NCBI GenBank assembly: GCA_965203175.1
Contig: OZ241867.1
Location: forward strand, 2,816,001-2,880,000
Direction: 5' to 3'
Source: Candidatus Latescibacterota bacterium
GTDB taxonomy: Bacteria > Latescibacterota > UBA2968 > UBA8231
DNA: 64,000 bases
Shown here: in pieces, positions 58,844 through 64,000 of the stretch
Layout: the number at the start of each line of letters is the position of its first letter
Position numbering within the stretch: position 1 is the first letter of the stretch
The notes under the pieces: generated by a model
Databases searched by the model: none
The model's input: only the letters and a program-made list of their open reading frames with translations
Told to the model about the DNA's origin: nothing
Translations under genes and position numbers: made by a program

Positions 58844-60372
58844 AGCAGATGCGCCAAGATCACGGCGAGCAATAAGCCGAGCGAGACCCAGCCAAGCAGG
58901 ATTTGGACGCTGGCGAGGAGTTTGAGCTTGCCAGTCGCGTACCAGGGGTAGGGATCGGTTCGGGTGAAGGCGTGGATGCTGAAGCGTATGCAGTCGGCGA
59001 GGGTGGGGTGTTCATCGCCGTTGACGGACTGCAAGATACTAGGGACCAGCCGATAGATCAGCGCCCAAAGGAGGATGCTGCCGAGGATGCAGAGGACGAG
59101 TTGTAGTGGGGAGGTGCCGTAGCGCGAACAGAGATTCCACAACTCTAACGTCCAACGTTGGGGCACGGCCCAGCTAAGGGCGCGGCGCTGGCGGTCTAGA
59201 CGCTCGACCTCGCAGGCTACAGCGTCGTCTTTTAGCCCTTGGGCGAGGAAGTGATGCCGCAGGCTGTTGTAGGCCGGGTCGAGTGCGGCGACCAACGTCG
59301 AGTCCGTAGTGGCTAGGCGGTGGCGCATGTGCGCCCAGCGGACGCGGAGGAGATCAAAATAGGCTTGCTGCAAGTAGAGTTGGGCGCTTGCGGCAAAGGT
59401 CGAATCGGCTTGGGCACTTGGGTGCAGATCGAGGGTGCCGATAGCGGCGCGGCGCAGGTCGAGGGTGCGGTTGAAAAAGGAATTGAAACGCAGGGTCCGC
59501 GCTTGGACGCCGCTAAAATCGGCTTCTTTGCGGAAGTAGCTGCCGCCAAAATCCGCGCGGGCAAAGTCCGCATCGGCGAAGTGGGCGGCTTGGGCAAAGG
59601 TGAAGTCGGCGAAATGAGCTTGGTCGGCGAAGGTGGCTCGGTTGAAAGAAATCTCCCCGTCGGCGCGGGCCGCGGCAAAGTCGGCCGCGGCGAAAAACTG
59701 GGTTCGCCAGAAGAGGGCGCGTTCGGCAAAGCGGGCACCGGCAAAGGAAGCCGGGCCATTCCAACGGGCGTCCTTGAAGGAGGCTACGCCGGCAAAGCGG
59801 GCGTCGGCAAAGTCGGTCTGGCCGGCGAAGTGAGTGCCTTCAAAGTAGGCAGCGGTCGCAAAATGGGTGCGGACGAAGCGGGTGGCAGCGGCGAAACGGG
59901 CGTTGATAAACGAATTGGGACCAGCGAAATCGCCGTCGGTAAAGTCGGCGTCGGCACCGAAGACGGCCTGTTTGAAATTGAGGTGCTTGCCAGACCGGCT
60001 TGCGCGCAGGCCGAATGCGCTGTGGAAATGGGCATTTGTTAGCGAGAGACCGTTGGCGAATGTGGTGCGCTCACCTTGCACCGGACCGAGGAAGACCACG
60101 TTGTTGAGGGTGACCTCGTCTAAGAAAAAGACATCGTCGAACTGGAGAGAGGCGCGCACGGTGTCGAGACCGGCAGTTGGAGCGTAGAGCGGGCCGACGA
60201 CAGCGGTGGCGCGGAGGTGGATCGGCTCTTGTGCCCGTTGTAGCCTCGAGAGCAAGTCAGCCGCCGGAAGCAGGGCATAGGTCTGGTCGGCGATGGTGGT
60301 GTCGGCGCGGTCAGCGCGTGCGCCAAGCGGTATTAGGAGGAGGCAGCAAAGCGCCCACAGGGGGGTGACCAT
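58840..60372 (-). CDS. Pentapeptide-repeat protein with C-terminal two-TM ion-channel-like domain
   Basis: AxF/xxF repeats (ADFAAARA, AHFADADF); YG..P..L TM1, FSI..FT pore-helix-like segment, final TM. Confidence 0.78.
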   Translation of the reverse strand: MVTPLWALCCLLLIPLGARADRADTTIADQTYALLPAADLLSRLQRAQEPIHLRATAVVGPLYAPTAGLDTVRASLQFDDVFFLDEVTLNNVVFLGPVQGERTTFANGLSLTNAHFHSAFGLRASRSGKHLNFKQAVFGADADFTDGDFAGPNSFINARFAAATRFVRTHFATAAYFEGTHFAGQTDFADARFAGVASFKDARWNGPASFAGARFAERALFWRTQFFAAADFAAARADGEISFNRATFADQAHFADFTFAQAAHFADADFARADFGGSYFRKEADFSGVQARTLRFNSFFNRTLDLRRAAIGTLDLHPSAQADSTFAASAQLYLQQAYFDLLRVRWAHMRHRLATTDSTLVAALDPAYNSLRHHFLAQGLKDDAVACEVERLDRQRRALSWAVPQRWTLELWNLCSRYGTSPLQLVLCILGSILLWALIYRLVPSILQSVNGDEHPTLADCIRFSIHAFTRTDPYPWYATGKLKLLASVQILLGWVSLGLLLAVILAHLL

Positions 60373-62066
60373 CAGCTTTGGGCGGTGGTGTACTGCTTCA
60401 AATGAGCTTCGTGGATGGTTATCGGATAGATTTTACGCAGACTACGCACGTATTCGACGTAGCGGTTCTGGGCCTTGTCGATGAGTACGTAGGCCCGGGC
60501 GCGTCGCTGTGAGTCCTCATTGTAGGGGATGTGTTCGCGTTGGCGGTCCACGACTTTGAATACCGAATAGCCCCGCTGGGTGCGGACTGGGCCGCCCACT
60601 TGGCCGACCTCGAGGTCTTGGGCCAAGTCCGAGACGCCAGGGAAGAATTGCTCGGTGTAGATATTGAAGTTGATACGTCCATTGTGGTGGAGGACCTCAG
60701 CGCGTTTGCTGTGGCGCACGGCGAGGGTTTCGGCCTCGGCTTCGGTGGCTTGCGCCAACTCAGTGAACAGATGCTGGGCTAGCGAGTCGCTGGAAACCAG
60801 AATTTCGATGGCGACAGTGGTCGTGGGTTTGGTAAATTTTTCCGGATGCTCGTCGTAGAAGGTGCGCGCCTCTTCTGGGGTGACCGATAGCTGTTGGTCA
60901 ACCATGATCTTGCGGAGGCCGGTCACCATAAGTTCTTGGCGCTTGGCGGCGATGCTGGCGCGGAACTCGGGGTCTTGGTCCAGCCCGGCGCTGATGATCT
61001 CAGACATGAATAGGTGTTCGGGGATGACTCGGCGGTCGAGCAAGTCCGCAGCGTTCGCAGTGTCAATCAGCATTTGCGGCGCTATTTTCATCTGGCGGAT
61101 GGTCTCGACGAAATTCCCCAAGCCGATGGGGTTTCCCTTGCTAAAGGTGCAGACAGGCAAGGGCGCGTCGGCCTCGGCGAGGGCGAATTCCTCGCCGGTG
61201 AACTGGCTAATGCGCTCGGCCAATAGGGCGAGATTCTGCGGCTGCGGTTGGGGCTGGTATTCGCCTCGCAGCGAATCGAGCATGGTTTGCAGGCGCTGGT
61301 TGCGCTGGGCGATGAGCAATTCTTCGCGGATGCGGTCCTCGGAGGCTTCGAGCGGTGCCGGGATTTCGTCGAGGATGGTGAAGATGGCAAACTTTTGCTC
61401 GCGGGCTACGAACATCGACACCGGCGGAGCAATTTCGCCGATTTCTAGGTCGGCTACTTTGGCTACGACTTCGGGCATGAGTTGGTCGCGCAACTGGTAC
61501 AGCCCAGTATCGCCGCCGCGCTCGGCGCTTTCGCGGTGGACCGAATGAGTGCGGGCTAGTTGGTGAAAGTCGGCACCATCTTGAAGCTGCTGGTAGAGAT
61601 CGTTGGCCTCTTCTTCGGTATCGACCATGATGCCGCCGAGGCGGATTGAGCGGTCGCGGCGGGTTGCGCGGTAGTGGGCTTCGACCATTTCCTCGGTGAT
61701 GTTCAGCTTGCTGATGATTTCTCGTTGCTCGTACAGGCGCAGGATGCGCGAGCGTTCATAGTTGGTCAACTCGTCGATAAACCAAATCATATTTTCGACG
61801 TTGGACGCCTGTGCTTCTTGGAGAAGTAATTCTTTGTCGATTAGGCTATTGAGCAGATTGCGGGACACGGCCAATGGCGTGGCCCCTTGGCGCATACCTT
61901 CGGGGATCTTGGAGGAGAATTCGGCGAACTCAGCCGCGGTGATCGACTTGTCGCCAGCCTCGGCAACAATGAGTTCGGCCGGCGAGGCCGGCGGTTGATC
62001 CTGACTGCCGCAGGCGGCGAAGAGCCAACTGAGTAAGAGCAAGGCGTTGAGATGCTTCATTTTCAT
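60372..62066 (-). CDS. PpiC/parvulin-type peptidyl-prolyl isomerase lipoprotein (PrsA/SurA-like, two rotamase domains)
   Basis: FAAC lipobox; GADFHQLARTHS..SAERGGDTG, GQVGGPVRTQRGYSVFKV; TGATG coupling to the next gene. Confidence 0.85.
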   Translation of the reverse strand: MKMKHLNALLLLSWLFAACGSQDQPPASPAELIVAEAGDKSITAAEFAEFSSKIPEGMRQGATPLAVSRNLLNSLIDKELLLQEAQASNVENMIWFIDELTNYERSRILRLYEQREIISKLNITEEMVEAHYRATRRDRSIRLGGIMVDTEEEANDLYQQLQDGADFHQLARTHSVHRESAERGGDTGLYQLRDQLMPEVVAKVADLEIGEIAPPVSMFVAREQKFAIFTILDEIPAPLEASEDRIREELLIAQRNQRLQTMLDSLRGEYQPQPQPQNLALLAERISQFTGEEFALAEADAPLPVCTFSKGNPIGLGNFVETIRQMKIAPQMLIDTANAADLLDRRVIPEHLFMSEIISAGLDQDPEFRASIAAKRQELMVTGLRKIMVDQQLSVTPEEARTFYDEHPEKFTKPTTTVAIEILVSSDSLAQHLFTELAQATEAEAETLAVRHSKRAEVLHHNGRINFNIYTEQFFPGVSDLAQDLEVGQVGGPVRTQRGYSVFKVVDRQREHIPYNEDSQRRARAYVLIDKAQNRYVEYVRSLRKIYPITIHEAHLKQYTTAQS

Positions 62067-62320
62067 GGTGCTGGGATACTCCTAAATTTTGAGGAAAAGA
62101 AAAAAACGAATATAAAGAAAAAGGGGGGGAATGAAAGGTAAAACGCCGGGGCGATAGGATGAGGCCAGGTGGGTAAAGATGCTTGCGGCGTTAAGGGCTA
62201 TTGATTATAAATAGTTGGCCAACTAGGAGATCGCGCAGTAGTAAGTTGCGCATAATGTCTTTAGTAATAAAGAACTTATTGGATTTTCGGATCCGATTCA
62301 CTTGTCGACAACTCTTGCCT

Positions 62321-64000
62321 ATGAAACGCGCTAGTGTATGTGCTCTCTTATTGTGCCTACTCGGAGGCTGGTCGGCTGTCGCTGAAGTCGTGATCGTCGG
62401 CAGCGAAGGCGGTTTGGATTGGGCCAGCGGTGGTGGAGAGATTCAAGCTACGGTCATCCGCAGCGCGACTTCGGTGGAGAATACCAACGCGCCCGGCGGG
62501 GTTATAGACTTCAATGCGGAGGGTTTCAGAAACTGGATTTTTCCCCAGCGCGCTGATACCACGCTCAATATCGCCGTCGGCGCTAATTCCGAGGCCCGCG
62601 GTGGCTCGATCACCTCGCCTAATACCATCAACATCCGGCCGGAATTGCCTAGCATCATCGACAATGATGGCGAGACAGCGCTGGATTTGCGCGCCAGTGC
62701 CGGTGGCCAGAGCGCGCGCGTGTTGGGCATTATCATCGATCTGGACTTAGGTGCCCGCTTCGGGGTCAATCGCTTCAAGTTTTTTCCCCGCAACGCCGAT
62801 CCAGCGTTCCCCGCTCCGTCATTCCCATACCAGAACGATTTTATGCGCGCCTTTGAGATATTTATTAACGACGGTACACCCGAGACCCAGCGCGAGGGGG
62901 TGCCGATCCGCGAGACCGTGGTACTGGTCAACCAAAACGAAGATCCGGTAGTTGACGTGCACATCCCGCCCCAGTACGTGCGATTCGTGCGGCTCAAATC
63001 GCTGACGTCAACGGGCTTTGACTTGGCTGAATTCCAAGTCTTTGGCACCGGCTTTGTGCCCGAGGCCACTTATATATCCAATGTCTTTGACTTCGGCGAC
63101 CTGTCGCTCTTTGGAACGCTGCGCTGGGTCGAGCAGAAAATGGGAGACAGCGGGCTGTCGCGGGTCTTGATCCGCACGCGCACTGGCAACGATCCGCAGC
63201 CGGTCGAATACAACAAAATTCGCCCAGGTGAGCAGATCTTTCGCTTGGGCGGTGGGTCCAGACAGACGGGGACTACGGCCCGCGGCGACGAAGTGCCGTG
63301 GAAATTTGCCGCTGACGTCGAGGATGCCGAGTTGAAAACCTTAGTTGAGACGGTACTCGACAACGAAGATGTCGATTTGCGCGAGGCGCTGCAGATATTC
63401 AAGGATCTGCCACTGGATCAGCAAGAGCAGATCTCACTGACGGCCGCCGACTTCGGCCGGTTGCGCAATGAGGATAAGGGCAATATCCGCAACGATGTGA
63501 CCAACTGGAGCGCTTGGTCGCCTCCCTATCCGGTCAGCGCACTGGTTGAGTCGGACGCCGATTTGGCCGACGCATTGCAGGGGATACCGGTGGTCTCGCC
63601 GAGTCCGCGGCGCTATTTTCAGTTCGCGATTGAGTTCTCTAGCGACGAATTCGAGTCGGCTACCGGCGTTGGGGGGATTTCCTTTGAGGTACTGCCTTCG
63701 CCTTTTGCCGAGGAGTTAATCGCCGAGATCGTCCCGCGCCAAGCGGCGCTGGGCAAAAAGACGGACTTTACCCTTGCCGTGTTGAGCAAACTTCGCCCAG
63801 GACTCGACCGCGGCTTCAATCGGCTACAGATTGATACCCCACTCAAGGTCGAAAACGTGGGGCTGATAGAAATTCGGCGCCCGGACGGCACGGCGGATGA
63901 GGCCGACTTCAGCGGTGCGACACTCGACCAGTTGCCGCTCCAGCGCGGCGACTTTGCGGTGGTTGAGGCCGCCGACAACAGCTTTATCTTCGAGTTTCCA
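62321..64000 (+). CDS. Large secreted protein with discoidin/F5-8-like beta-sandwich, 3'-truncated (absent from the ORF track)
   Basis: Hand translation from ATG 62321: MKRASVCALLLCLLGGWSAVA signal, then IDLDLGARFGVNRFKFFPR, VRFVRL, AEFQVFGTGF, IRTRTG, WSAWSPPY, SPSPRRYFQF; no stop seen before the window edge. Confidence 0.8.
   Translation, partial: MKRASVCALLLCLLGGWSAVAEVVIVGSEGGLDWASGGGEIQATVIRSATSVENTNAPGGVIDFNAEGFRNWIFPQRADTTLNIAVGANSEARGGSITSPNTINIRPELPSIIDNDGETALDLRASAGGQSARVLGIIIDLDLGARFGVNRFKFFPRNADPAFPAPSFPYQNDFMRAFEIFINDGTPETQREGVPIRETVVLVNQNEDPVVDVHIPPQYVRFVRLKSLTSTGFDLAEFQVFGTGFVPEATYISNVFDFGDLSLFGTLRWVEQKMGDSGLSRVLIRTRTGNDPQPVEYNKIRPGEQIFRLGGGSRQTGTTARGDEVPWKFAADVEDAELKTLVETVLDNEDVDLREALQIFKDLPLDQQEQISLTAADFGRLRNEDKGNIRNDVTNWSAWSPPYPVSALVESDADLADALQGIPVVSPSPRRYFQFAIEFSSDEFESATGVGGISFEVLPSPFAEELIAEIVPRQAALGKKTDFTLAVLSKLRPGLDRGFNRLQIDTPLKVENVGLIEIRRPDGTADEADFSGATLDQLPLQRGDFAVVEAADNSFIFEFP

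Noticed and set aside
62090-62135. A-tracts and G8 run as a phase-variation site
   Set aside because: Intergenic low-complexity sequence with no demonstrable promoter spacing role.
62443-63978. Three minus-strand ORFs near the window end
   Set aside because: Antisense to the unlisted plus-strand CDS starting at 62321.

Overview
GC-rich, gene-dense bacterial window with about 43 CDS and no rRNA, tRNA, CRISPR array or transposase that I can see. Gene content (FlgD-Ig/T9SS-like C-terminal domain, DUF6785/6784-type membrane proteins, four PhyH dioxygenases, CehA/McbA-type hydrolases, CRTAC1, sulfatase) suggests Candidatus Latescibacterota or a similar PVC/FCB-type lineage; this is inference, not a taxonomic assignment. 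Contents: a riboswitch-controlled cobalamin uptake locus bracketed by two toxin-first TA modules, a ~20 kb catabolic island, two REP-like repeat families and a periplasmic/surface-protein operon. The main novelty is a membrane system present both split and fused. It consists of a catalytically degenerate, nicastrin/nicalin-like M28 ectodomain joined to a MacB/FtsX permease (2779..7386), a stand-alone DUF6785/6784-like multipass protein (<1..1803), and a ~2085-aa fusion of both (46546..52803). No cognate ABC ATPase is encoded in the window. All family calls come from motif recognition by eye; no searches were run.
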